Of a DNA stretch of 64,000 nucleotides, positions 14,420-28,900 are shown piece by piece. Made by a program: the position numbers and the translations under genes. How positions within the stretch are numbered: the stretch's first letter is position 1; each line of letters begins with the position of its first letter. Source of the DNA: the human T2T-CHM13v2.0 reference genome, Homo sapiens; the NCBI RefSeq assembly GCF_009914755.1, contig NC_060933.1; one strand, written 5' to 3'. The notes beneath the pieces were generated by a model. That model did not search any database. It saw only the letters and a program-made list of their open reading frames with translations, and had not been told where the DNA came from.

Positions 14420-17400
14420 CTTGAATGGAATGGAAAGAATGGAATCAACACGAGTGGAATGGCATGGATTGGAATGGAATGGAATGGAATCAACCCGAGT
14501 ACAGGGGAATGGAATGGAATGGAATGCAATGGAATGGAATCATCCGTAATGGAATGGAAAGGAATGGAATGGAATGGAATGGAATGGAATGGAATGGAAT
14601 GGAATCAACTCGATTGCAATCGAATGGAATGGAATGGAATTAACCCGAATAGAATGGAATGGAATGGAATGGAACGGAACGGAATGGAATGGAATGGAAT
14701 GGAACGGAACGGAATGGAATGGAATGGAATGGAATCAACGCGAGTGCAGGGGAATGGAATGGAATGGAATGCAATGGAATGGAAACTTCCGGAATGGAAT
14801 GGAATGGAATGGAATGGAATGAAATGCAATGGATTCAACTCGATTGCAATGGAATGGAATAGAATGGAATGGAATGGAATGGAATGGAATGGAATTAATC
14901 CGAATAGAATGGAATGGAATGGAATGGAAAGGAATGGAACGGAATGGAATGGAATGGAATGGAATGGCATGGAATGTAATGGAATGGTACGGAATAGAAT
15001 AGAATGGAACGAATTGTAATGGAATGGAATTGAATGGAATGGAATGGAATGGAATGGAATCAAAGCGAGTGCAGGGGAATGTAATGGAACGGAATGCAAT
15101 GGAATGGAATCATCCGGAATGGAATGGAATGGAATGGAATGGAATGGAACAACCCGAGTGCAATGGAATGGAGTGGAATGGAATGGAATGGCATGGAACA
15201 ACCCGAATGGAATGGAATGTAATGGAGAGTAAGGGAGTTGAATAGAATCAATCCGAATGTAATGGAATGGAATGCAACGGAATGGAATGGAATGGAATGG
15301 AATGGAATGGAATGGAATGCAATGGAATGGAATCAACCCGAGTACAATGGAATGGAATGGAATGGAATGGAATGGAATGGAATGGAATGATACGGAATGG
15401 AATGGAATGGAACGAAATGGAATGGAATGGAATGGAATGGAATGGAATGGAATGGAATGGAATGGAATGGAATCGTTCCGAGTGGAATAGGAGGGAATGT
15501 ATTCGAGTGGAATGGAAAGGAATGGAATCAACCAGAGTGGAATGGAAGGGAATGGAATGGAATGGAAACTAATAGAATGGAATCAACCCGAGTGGAATGG
15601 AATGTAAAGGACTGGAATGGAATGGAATGGAATGGAATAAAGTCGATTGTAATGGAATGGAATGGAATGGAATGGAATGGAATGGAACTATCCCGAATAC
15701 AATGGAATGTAATGGAATGGAACGGAATGGAGTGGAATGGAATGGAATCAACCGGAGTGCAGGGGAATGGAATGGAATGCAATGCAATGGAATGGAATCA
15801 TCCGGAATGGAATGGAATGGAATGGAATGCAAAGCAATGGAATCAACTCGATTGCAATGGAATGGAATGGAATGGAAAGGAATACATTGGAATCAACCCG
15901 AATGGAATGGAATGGAAAGGACTGGAATGGAGTGGAATGGAATGGAATGGAATGGAATGGAATCAACTCGATTGGAATGGAATGGAATGCAATGGAATGT
16001 AATTAACCCGAATAGAATGGAATGGAATGGAATGGAACGGAACGGAATGGAATGGAATGGAATGGAATGGAATGGAATGGAATGGAATCAACCCGACTGC
16101 AGGGGAATGGAATGGAATGGAATGCAATGGAATGGATTCACCTTGAATGGAATGGAAAGAATGGAATCAACACGAGTGGAATGGCATGGATTGGAATAGA
16201 ATGGAATGGAATCAACCCGAGTACAGGGGAATGAAATGGAATGGAATGCAATGGAATGGAATCATCCGTAATGGAATGGAAAGGAAGGGAATGGAATGGA
16301 ATGGAATGGAATAGAATGGAATGGAATCAACTCCATTGCAATCGAATGGAATGGAATGGAATTAACCCGAATAGAATGGAATGGAATGGAATGGAACGGA
16401 ACGGAATGGAATGGAATGGAATGGAATGGAATGGAATGGAACGGAACTTAATGGAATGGAATGGAATGGAATGGAATGGAATGGAATGGAATCAACGCGA
16501 GTGCAGGGGAATGGAATGGAATGGAATGCAATGGAATGGAATCTTCCGGAATGGAATGGAATGGAATGGAATGGAATGAAATGCAATGGATTCAACTCGA
16601 TTGCAATGGAATGGAATAGAATGGAATGGAATGGAATGGAATGGAGTTAATCCGAATAGAATGGAATGGAATGGAATGGAACGGAATGGAACGGAATGGA
16701 ATGGAATGGAATGGAATGGAATGCTATGGAATGGAATGGAATGGTACGGAATAGAATGGAATGGAACGAATTGTAATGGAATGGAATTGAATGGAATGGA
16801 ATGGAATCAACGCGAGTGCAGGGGAATGTAATGGAACGGAATGCAATGGAATGGAATCATCCGGAATGGAATGGAATGGAATGGAATGGAATGGAATCAA
16901 CCCGAGTGCAATGGAATGGAGTGGAATGGAATGGAATGGAATGGAACAACCCGAATGGAATGGAATGTAATGGAGAGTAAGGGAGTTGAATAGAATCAAT
17001 CCGAATGTAATGGAATGGAATGCAACGGAATGGAATGGAATGGAATGGAATGGAATGGAATGGAATGGAATGCAATGGAATTGAATCAACCTGAGTACAA
17101 TGGAATGGAATGGAATGGAATGGAATGGAATGGAATCGAATGGAATGGAATGGAATGATACGGAATAGAATGGAATGGAACGAAATGGAATGGAATGGAA
17201 TGGAATGGAATGGAATGGAATCGTTCCGAGTGGAATAGGAGGGAATGTATTCGAGTGGAATGGAAAGGAATGGTATCAACCAGAGTGGAATGGAAGGGAA
17301 TGGAATGGAATGGAAACTAATAGAATGGAATCAACCCGAGTGGAATGGAATGGAAAGGACTGGAATGGAATGGAATGGAATGGAATCAACTCGATTGTAA

Positions 17401-17830
17401 TGGAATGGAATGGAATGGAATGGAATGGAATGGAATGGAATGGAATTAACCCGAATACAATGGAATGGAATGGAATGGAACGGAATGGAGTGGAATGGAA
17501 TGGAATCAACCCGAGTGCAGGGGAATGGAATGGAATGGAATGCAATGGAAAGGAATCATCCGGAATGGAATGGAATGGAATGGAATGCAAAGCAATGGAA
17601 TCAACTCGATTGCAATGGAATGGACTGGAATGGAAAGGAATAAATTGGAATCAACCCGATTGGAATGGAATGGAAAGGACTGGAATGGAGTGGAATGGAA
17701 TGGAATGGAATGGAATGGAATTGAATCAACTCGATTGGAATGGAATGGAATGGAATGGAATGGAATGGAATGGAATGGAATGGAATCAACTCGACTGCAA
17801 TGGAATGGAATGGAATGGAATTAACCCGAA
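14420..17830 (+). repeat. Two consecutive copies of the ~1.75-kb basic motif cycle
   Basis: TTAATCCGAA (~14895/~16647), GAGAGTAAGGGAG (15225/16973), ATCGTTCCGAG (~15472/~17220) and CAAAGC (~15830/~17588) are spaced about 1,750 bp apart. Confidence 0.75.
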
Positions 17831-20800
17831 TAGAATGGAATGGAATGGAATGGAACGGAACGGAATGGAATGGAATGGAATGGAATGGAACGGAACGGAA
17901 TGGAATGGAATGGAATGGAATGGAATGGAATCAACGCGAGTGCAGGGGAATGGAATGGAATGGAATGCAATGGAATGGAATCTTCCGGAATGGAATGGAA
18001 TGGAATGGAATGGAATGAAATGCAATGGATTCAACTCGATTGCAATGGAATGGAATAGAATGGAATGGAATGGAATGGAATGGAATTAATTCGAAGAGAA
18101 TGGAATGGAATGGAATGGAACGGAATGGAACGGAATGGAATGGAATGGAATGGAATGGAATGGTATGGAATGGAATGGAATGGTACGGAATAGAATGGAA
18201 TGGAACGAATTGTAATGGAATGGAATTGAATGGAATGGAATGGAATCAACGCGAGTGCAGGGGAATGTAATGGAACGGAATGCAATGGAATGGAATCATC
18301 CGGAATGGAATGGAATGGAATGGAATCAACCCGAGTGCAGTGGAATGGAGTGGAATGGAATGGAATGGAATGGAACAACCCGAATGGAATGGAATGTAAT
18401 GGAGAGTAAGGTAGTTGAATAGAATCAATCCGAATGTAATGGAATGGAATGCAACGGAATGGAATGGAATGGAATGGAATGGAATGGAATGGAATGCAAT
18501 GGAATTGAATCAACCCGAGTACAATGCAATGGAATGGAATGGAATGGAATGGAATGGAATGGAATGGAATGGAATCGTTCCGAGTGGAATAGGAGGGAAT
18601 GTATTCGAGTGGAATGGAAAGGAATGGAATCAACCAGAGTGGAATGGAAGGGAATGGAATGGAATGGAAACTAATAGAATGGAATCAACCCGAGAGGAAT
18701 GGAATGGAAAGGACTGGAATGGAATGGAATGGAATGGAATCAAGTCGATTGTAATGGAATGGAATGGAATGGAATGGAATACATTGGAATCAACCCGAGT
18801 GGAATGGAATGGAAAGGACTGGAATGGAGTGGAATGGAATGGAATGGAATGGAATGGAATCAACTCGATTGGAATGGAATGGAATGGAATGGAATGGAAT
18901 GGAATGGAATGGAATTCACCCGAATAGAATGGAATGGAATGGAATGGAATGGAACGGAACGGAATGGAATGGAATGGAATGGAACGGAAACAACCCGACT
19001 GCAGGGGAATGGAATGGAATGGAATGCAATGGAATGGATTCAACTTGAATGGAATGGAAAGAATGGAATCAACACGAGTGGAATGGCATGGATTGGAATG
19101 GAATGGAATGGAATCAACCCGAGTACAGGGGAATGGTATGGAATGGAATGCAATGGAATGGAATCATCCGTAATGGAATGGAAAGGAATGGAATGGAATG
19201 GAATGGAATGGAGTGGAATGGAATGGAATCAACTCGATTGCAATCGAATGGAATGGAATGGAATCAACCCGAGTACAATGGAATGGAATGGAATGGAACG
19301 GAACGGAATGGAATGGAATGGAATGGAATGGAATGGAATCAACGCGAGTGCAGGGGAATGGAATGGAATGGAATGCAATGGAATGGAATCTTCCGGAATG
19401 GAATGGAATGGAATGCAATGGATTCAACTCGATTGCAATGGAATGGAATAGAATGGAATGGAATGTAATGGAATGGAATTAACCCGAATAAAATGGAATG
19501 GAATGGAATGGAACGAAAGAACGGAACGGAATGGAATGGAATGGAATGGAATGGAATGGAATGGAATGGTATGGAATGGAATGGAATGGTACGGAATAGA
19601 ATGGAATGGAAAGAATTGGAATGGAATGGAATCGAATGGAATGGAATGGAATGGAATGGAATCAACCCGAGTGCAGGGGAATGTAATGGAACGGAATGTA
19701 ATGGAATGGAAGCATCCGGAATGGAATGGAATGGAATGGAATGGAATGGAATGGAATGGAACCAACTCGATTGTGATGGAATGGAATGGAATGGAATGGA
19801 ATGGAATGGAATTAACCCGAATACAATGGAATGGAATGGAAAGGAACGGAATGGAGTGGAATGGAATGGAATCAACCAGAGTGCAGTGGAATGCAATGGA
19901 ATGGAATGCAATGGAATGCAATCATCCGGAATGGAATGGAATGGAATGGAATGCAAAGCATTGGAATCAACTCGATTGCAATGGAATGGAATGGAATGGA
20001 AACGAATACATTGGAATCAACCCGAGTGGAATGGAATGGAAAGGACTGGAATGGAGTGGAATGGAATGGAATGGAATCAACTCGATTGGAATGGAATGGA
20101 ATGGAATGGAATGGAATGGAATTAACCCGAATAGAATGGAATCGAATGGAATGGAATGGAACGTAACGGAACGGAATGGAATGGAATGGAATGGAATGGA
20201 ATGGAATGGAATGGAACAGAAAGGAATGGAATGGAATGGAATGGAATGGAATGGAATGGAATCAACGCGAGTGCAGGGGAATGGAATGGAATGGAATGCA
20301 ATGGAATGGAATCTTCCGGAATGGAATAGAATGGAATAGAATGGAATGGAATGGAATGGAATCAACCCGAGTGCAATGGAATGGAGTGGAATTGAATGGA
20401 ATGGAATGGAACAACCCGAATGGAATGGAATGTAATGGAGACTAAGGGAGATGAATAGAAGAAATCCGAATGTAATGGAATGGAATGGAACGGAATGGAT
20501 TTGAATGGAATGGAATGGAATGCAATGGAATGGAATCAACCCGAGTGCAAAGGAATGGAGAGGAATGGAATGGAATGGAATGGAAACTACCCGAATGGAA
20601 TGGAATGTAATGGAGTGTAAGGGAATTGAATAGAATCAATCCGAATGTAATGGAATGGAATGGAACGGAATGGAATGGAATGGAATGGAATGGAATGGAA
20701 TGCAATGGAATGGAATCAACCCGAGTGCAATCGAATGGAATCGAATGGAATGGAATGCAATGGAATGGATTCAACTTGAATGGAATGGAAAGAATGGAAT

Positions 20801-23800
20801 CAACACGAGTGGAAGGGCATGGATTGGAATGCAATGGAATGGAATCAACCCGAGTACAGGGGAATGGAATGGAATGCAATGCAATGGAATGGAATCATCC
20901 GTAATGGAATGGAAAGGAATGGAATGGAATGGAATGGAATGGAATGGAATGGAATGGAATCAACACGATTGCAATCGAATGGAAGGGAATGGAATTAACC
21001 CGAATAGAATGGAATGGAATGGAATGGAACGGAACGGAATGGAATGGAATGGAATGGAATGGAACGGAACGGAACGGAACAGAACGGAATGGAATGGAAT
21101 GGAATGGAATGGAATCAACGCGAGTGCAGGGGAATGGAATGGAATGGAATGCAATGGAATGGAATCTTCCGGAATGGAATGGAATGGAATGGAATGGAAT
21201 GCAATGAAATGCAAAGGATTCAACTCGATTGCAATGGAATGGAATAGAATGGAATGGAATGGAATGGAATTAACCCAAATAGAATGCAATGGAATGGAAT
21301 GGAACGGAATGGAACGGAATGGAATGGAATGGAATGGAATGGAATGGAATGGAATGGAATGGAATGGAATGGTATGGAATGGAATGGAATGGTACGGAAT
21401 AGAATGGAATGGAACGAATTGTAATGGAATGGAATTGAATGGAATGGAATGGAATGGAATGGAATCAACGCGAGTGCAGGGGAATGTAATGGAACGGAAT
21501 GCAATGGAATGGAATCATCCGGAATGGAATGGAATGGAATGGAATGGAATGGAATGGAGTCAACCCGAGTGCTATGGAATGGAGTGGAATGGAATGGAAT
21601 GGAAAGGAACAACCCGAATGGAATGGAATGTAATGGAGAGTAAAGGAGTTGAATAGAATGAATCCGAATGTAATGGAATGGAATGCAACGGAATGGAATG
21701 GAATGGAATGGAATGGAATGGAATGCAAAGGAATGGAATCAACCCGAGTGGAATGGCATGGAATGGAATGCAATGGAATGGAATGGAATGGAATCAACTC
21801 GAGTGGAAAGGAATGGAATGGAATGGAAAGGAATGGAATGAAATCAACTCGAGTGGAATGGAATGGAATTGATTGGAATGGATTGCAATGGAATGAAATG
21901 GAATGGAATGGAATGGAATCAATCATTCCGAGTGGAATGGAAGGGAATGTAATGGAGTGGAAAGAAGGGAATGGAATCCACCCGATTGGAATGCAAGGCA
22001 ATGGAATGGAATGGAAAGGAATGGAATGGAATCAACTCGATTGCAATGGAATGGAATGGAATGGAATGGAATGGAATGGAATGGAATTAACCGGAATAGA
22101 ATGGAATGCAATGGAATGGAACGGAATGGAATGGAATGGAAGGGAATGGAATCAACACGAGTACAGGGGAATGGAATGGAATGGAATGCAATGGAATGGA
22201 ATCATCCGGAACGGAATGGAATGGAATGGAATCAACTCCATTGCAATGGAATGGAATGGAATGGAATAGAATAGAATGGAAGGAATTAACCCGAATAGAA
22301 TGGAATGCAATAGAAAGGAATGGAACGGAACCGAATGGAGTGGAATGGAATGGAATGGAATCAACCTGATTGCAGGGGAATGGAATGGAATGGAATGCAA
22401 TGGAATGGAATCATCCGGAATGGAATGGAATGGAATGGAATGGAATGGAATGGAATGGAATGGAATGGAATCAAACCGAGTGCAATGGAATGGAGTGAAA
22501 TGGAATGGAATGGAATGGAAACAAACAGAATGGATTGGAATATAATGGAGTGTAAGGGAATTGAATAGAATCAATGTGAATGTAATGAAATAGAATGGAA
22601 CGGAAGGGAATGGAATGAAATGGAATCGAATGGAATGGAATGGAATGGAATCAACCCGAGTGGAATGGCATGGAATGGAATGGAATGGAATGGAATGGAA
22701 TGGAATGGAATGGAATGGTTCGGAATAGAATGGATTGGAACAAAATGGAATGGAATGGAATGGAATGGAATGGAATGGAATAGAATGGAATGGAATGGAA
22801 TCAAGTCGATTGCAGTGGAATAGAATGGAATGGAATGGAACGGATTGGAATGGAATGGAATGGAATGGAATGGAATTAAATGGAATGGAAAGGAATGGAA
22901 TCAACCCGAGTGCAGGGGAAAGGAATGGAATGGAATGGAATGGAATGGAATGTTATGGAATGGAATGGAATGGAATGGAATGGAATCAACCCGAGTGGAA
23001 TGGCATGGAATGGAATGCAATGGAATGGAATGGAACGGAATCAACTCGAGTGGAAAGGAATGGAATGGAATGGAAAGGAATGGAATGAAATCAACTCTAG
23101 TGGAATGGAATGGAATGGAATGGATTGGAATGGATTGCAATGGAATGAAATGGAATGGAATGGAATGGAATCAATCATTCCGAGTGGAATGGAAGGGAAT
23201 GTAATGGAGTGGAAAGAAGGGAATGGAATCAACCCGAGTGGAATGCAAGGCAATGGAATGGAATGGAAAGGAATGGAATGGAATCAACTCGATTGCAATG
23301 GAATGGAATGGAATGGAATGGAATGGAAAGGAATGGAAAGGAATGAAATGGAATGGAATGGAATGCAATGCCATGGAATCAACCCGAGTGCAATCGAATG
23401 GAATCGAATGGAATGGAATGCAATGGAATGGATTCAACTTGAATGGAATGGAAAGAATGGAATCAACACGAGTGGAATGGCGTGGATTGGAATGGAATGG
23501 AATGGAATCAACCCGAGTACAGGGGAATGGAATGGAATGGAATGCAATGTAATGGAATCATCCGTAATGGAATGGAAAGGAATGGAATGGAATGGAATGG
23601 AATGAAATGGAATGGAATCAACTCGATTGCAATCGAATGGAATGGAATGGAATTAACCCGAATAGAATGGAATGGAATGGAATGGAACGGAATGGAACGG
23701 AACGGAATGGAATGGAATGGAATGGAATGGAATGGAACGGAAAGGAATGGAATGGAATAGAATTCAATGTAATGGAATGGAATGGAATCCACGCGAGTGC

Positions 23801-25929
23801 AGGGGAATGGAATGTAATGGAATGTAATGGAATGAAATCTTCCGGAATGGAATGGAATGGAATGGAATCAACCCGAGTGCAATGGAATGGAGGCGAATGC
23901 AATGGAATGGAATGGAACAACCCGAATGGAATCGAATGTAATGGAGAGTAAGGGAGTTGAATAGAATCAATCCGAATGTAATGGAATGGAATGGAACGGA
24001 ATGGAATTGAATGGAATGGAATGGAATGCAATGGAATGGAATCAACCCGAGTGCAATGGAACGGAGAGGAATGGAATGGAATGGAGTGGAAACTACCCGA
24101 ATGGAATGGAATGTAATGGAGTGTAAGGGAATTGAATACAATCAATCCGAATGTAATGGAATGGAATGGAATGGAATGGAATGGAATGGAATGGAATGGA
24201 ACGGAACGGAATGGAATGGAATGGAATGGAATGGAATGGAATGGAATCAACGCGAGTGCAGGGGAATGGAATGGAATGGAATGCAATGGAATGGAAACTT
24301 CCGGAATGGAATGGAATGGAATGGAATGGAATGAAATGCAATGGATTCAACTCGATTGCAATGGAATGGAATAGAATGGAATGGAATGGAATGGAATGGA
24401 ATTAACCCCAATAGAATGGAATGGAATGCAATGGAACGGAATGGAACGGAATGGAATGGAATGGAATGGAATGCAATGGTATGGAATGGAATGGAATGGT
24501 ACGGAATAGAATGGAATGGAACGAATTGTTATGGAATGGAATTGAATGGAATGGAATGGAATCAACGCCAGTGCAGGGGAATGTAATGGAACGGAATGCA
24601 ATGGAATGGAATCATCCGGAATGGAATGGAATGGAATGGAATGGAATGGAATGGAATGGAATGGAATCAACCCGAGTGCAATGGAATGGAGTGGAATGGA
24701 ATGGAATGGAATGGAACAACCCGAAGGGAATGGAATGTAATGGAGAGTAAGGGAGTTGAATAGAATCAATCCGAATTTAATGGAATGGAATGCAACGGAA
24801 TGGAATGGAATGGAATGGAATGGAATGGAATGGAATGCAATGGAATGGAATCAACCCGAGTACAATGGAATGGAATGGAATGGAATGGAATGGAATGGAA
24901 TGCCTTCAAACCGAATGGAATGGAAAGGAATGGAATCAACACGAGTGGAATGGAATGGAATGGAATGGAATGGAATGATACGGAATAGCATGGAATGGAA
25001 CGAAATGGAATGGAATGGAATGGAATGGAATGGAATGGAATGGAATGGAATGGAATCGTTCCGAGTGGAATAGGAAGGAATGTATTCGAGTGGAATGGAA
25101 AGGAATAGAATCAACCAGAGTGGAATGGAAGGGAATGGAATGGAATGGAAACTAATAGAATGGAATCAACCTGAGTGGAATGGAATGGAAAGGACTGGAA
25201 TGGAATGGAATGGAATGGAATGGAATGGAATCAACTCGATTGTAATGGCATGGAATGGAATGGAATGGAATGGAATGGAATTAACCCGAATACAATGGAA
25301 TGGAATGGAATGGAACGGAATGGAGTGGAATGGAATGGAATCAACCCGAGTGCAGGGGAATGGAATGGAATGGAATGCAATGGAATGGAATCATCCGGAA
25401 TGGAATGGAATGGAATGGAATGCAAAGCAATGGAATCAACTCGATTGCAATGGAATGGAATGGAATGGAAAGGAATACATTGGAATCAACCCGAGTGGAA
25501 TGGAATGGAAAGGACTGGAATGGAGTGGAATGGAATGGAATGGAATGGAATGGAATCAACTCGATTGGAATGGAATGGAATGGAATGGAATTAACCCGAA
25601 TAGAATGGAATGGAATGGAATGGAACGGAACGGAATGGAATGGAATGGAATGGAATGGAATGGAATCAACCCGACTGCAGGGGAATGGAATGGAATGGAA
25701 TGCAATGGAATGCATTCAACTTGAATGGAATGGAAAGAATGGAATCAACACGAGTGGAATTGCATGGATTGGAATGGAATGGAATGGAATCAACCCGAGT
25801 ACAGGGGAATGGAATGGAATGGAATGCAATGGTATGGAATCATCCGTAATGGAATGGAATGGAATGGAATGGAATTAACCCGAATAGAATGGAATGGAAT
25901 GGAATGGAATGGAATGGAATGGAATGGAA

Positions 25930-28900
25930 TCAACCCGACTGCAGGGGAATGGAATGGAATGGAATGCAATGGAATGGATTCAACTTGAATGGAATGGAAA
26001 GAATGGAATCAACACGAGTGGAATGGCATGGATTGGAATGGAATGGAATGGAATCAACCCGAGTACAGGGGAATGGAATGGAATGGAATGCAATGGAATG
26101 CAATCATCCGTAATGGAATGGAAGGGAATGGAATGGAATGGAATGGAATGGAATGGAATGGAATGGAATGGAATGGAATCAACTCGATTGCAATCAAATG
26201 GAATGGAATGGAATTAACCCGAATAGAATGGAATGGAATGGAATGGAATGGATCGGAACGAAACGGAACGGAACGGAATGGAATGGAATGGAATGGAATG
26301 GAATGGAATGGAATGGAATCAACGCGAGTGCAGGGGAATGGAATGGAATGGAATGCAATGGAATGGAATCTTCCGGAATGGAATGGAATAGAATGGAATG
26401 GAATGGAATGGAATGGAATAAACCCGAGTGCAATGGAATGGAGTGGAATGGAATGGAATGGAATGGAACAACCCGAATGGAATGGAATGTAATGGAGAGT
26501 AGGGGAGTTGAATAGAGTCAATCCGAATGTAATGGAATGGAATGGAACGGAATGGAATTGAATGGAATGGAATGGAATGGATTCAACTTGAATGGAATGG
26601 AAAGAATGGAATCAACACGAGTGGAATGGCAGGAATTGGAATGGAATGGAATGGAATCAACCCGAGTACAGGGGAATGGAATGGAATGGAATGGAATGGA
26701 ATGGAATCAACTCCATTGCAATGGAATGGAATGGAATGGAATTAACCCGAATAGAATGGAATGGAATGGAATGGAACGGAACAGAACGGAACGGAATGGA
26801 ATGGAATAGAATGGAATGGAATGGAACGGAAAGGAATGGAATGGAATGGAATGGAATGGAATGGAACGGAAAGGAATGGAATGGAATGGAATGGAATGGA
26901 ATAGAATGGAATGGAATCAACTCGATTGCAGTCGAATGGAATGGAATGGAATTAACCCGAATAGAATGGAATGGAATGGGATGGAACGGAACGGAACGGA
27001 ACGGAATGGAATGGAATGGAATGGAATGGAATGGAACGGAAAGGAATGGAATGGAATGGAATGGAATGGAATGGAATGGAATGGAAGGGAATCAACGCGA
27101 GTGCAGGGAAATGGAATGGAATGGAATGCAATGGAATGGAATCTTCCGGAATGGAATGGAATGGAATGGAATGGAATGAAAGGCAATGGATTCAACTCGA
27201 TTGCAATAGAATGGAATAGAATGGAACGGAATGGAATGGAATGGAATGGAATGGAATGGAATGGAACGGAACGGAATGGAATGGAATGGAATGGAATGGA
27301 ATCAACGCGAGTGCAGGGGAATGGAATGGAATGGAATGCAATGGAATGGAATCTTCCGGAATGGAATGGAATGGAATGGAATGAAAGGCAATGGATTCAA
27401 CTCGATTGCAATGGAGTGGAATAGAATGGAATGGAATGGAATGGAATGGAATGGAATTGAATGGAATGGAATGCCTTCAAACCGAATGGAATGGAAAGGA
27501 ATGGAATCAACACGAGTGGAAAGGAATGGAATGGAAAGGAATGGAATGGAATGGAATGGTACGGAATAGAATGGAATGGAACGAACTGGAATGGAATGGA
27601 ATGGAATGGAATGGAATGGAATGGAATCGTTCCGAGTGGAATAGGAGGGAATGTATTCGAGTGGAATGGAAAGGAATGGAATCAACCACAGTGGAATGGA
27701 AAGGAATGGAATGGAATGGAAACTAATAGAATGGAATCAACCCGAGTGGAATGGAATGGAAAGGACTGGAATGGAATGGAATGGAATGGAATGGAATGGA
27801 ATGGAATGGAATCAACTCGATTGTAATGGAATGGAATGGAATGGAATGGAATGGAATGGAATGGAATGGAATAGAATTAACCCGAATACAATGGAATGGA
27901 ATGGAATGGAACGGAATGGAGTGGAATGGAATAGAATCAACCCTAGTGCAGGGGAATGGAATGGAATGGAATGCAATGGAATGGAATCATCCGGAATGGA
28001 ATGGAATGGAATGGAATGCAAAGCAATGGAATCAACTCGATTGCAATGGAATGGAATGGAATGGAAAGGAATAGAATGGAATCAACCTGAGTGTAATGGA
28101 ATGGAAAGGACTGGAATGGAGTGGAATGGAATGGAATGGAATGGAATGGAATCAACTCGATTGGAATGGAATGGAATGGAATGAAATGGAATGGAATGGA
28201 ATGGAATTAACCCGAATAGAATGGAATGGAATGGAATTGAACGGAATGGAATGGAATGGAATGGAATGCAATGGAATGGAATGGAATCAACCCGACTGCA
28301 GAGGAATGGAATGGAATGGAATCAACTCCATTGCAATGGAATGGAATGGAATGGAATGGAATGGAATGGAATGGAATCAACCCGACTGCAGGGGAATGGA
28401 ATGGAATGGAATGCAATGGAATGGATTCAACTTGAATGGAATGGAAAGAATGGAATCAACACGAGTGGAATGGCATGGATTGGAATGGAATGGAATGGAA
28501 TCAACCCGAGTACAGGGGAATGGAATGGAATGGAATGCAATGGAATGCAATCATCCGTAATGGAATGGAAAGGAATGGAATGGAATGGAATGGAATGGAA
28601 TGGAATCAACTCGATTGCAATCAAATGGAATGGAATGGAATTAACCCGAATAGAATGGAATGGAATGGAATGGAATGGATCGGAACGGAACGGAACGGAA
28701 TGGAATGGAATGGAATGGAATGGAATGGAATGGAATGGAATGGAATCAACGCGAGTGCAGGGGAATGGAATGGAATGGAATGCAATGGAATGGAAACTTC
28801 CGGAATGGAATGGAATAGAATGGAATGGAATGGAATGGAATGGAATAAACCCGAGTGCAATAGAATGGAGTGGAATGGAATGGAATGGAATGGAACAACC

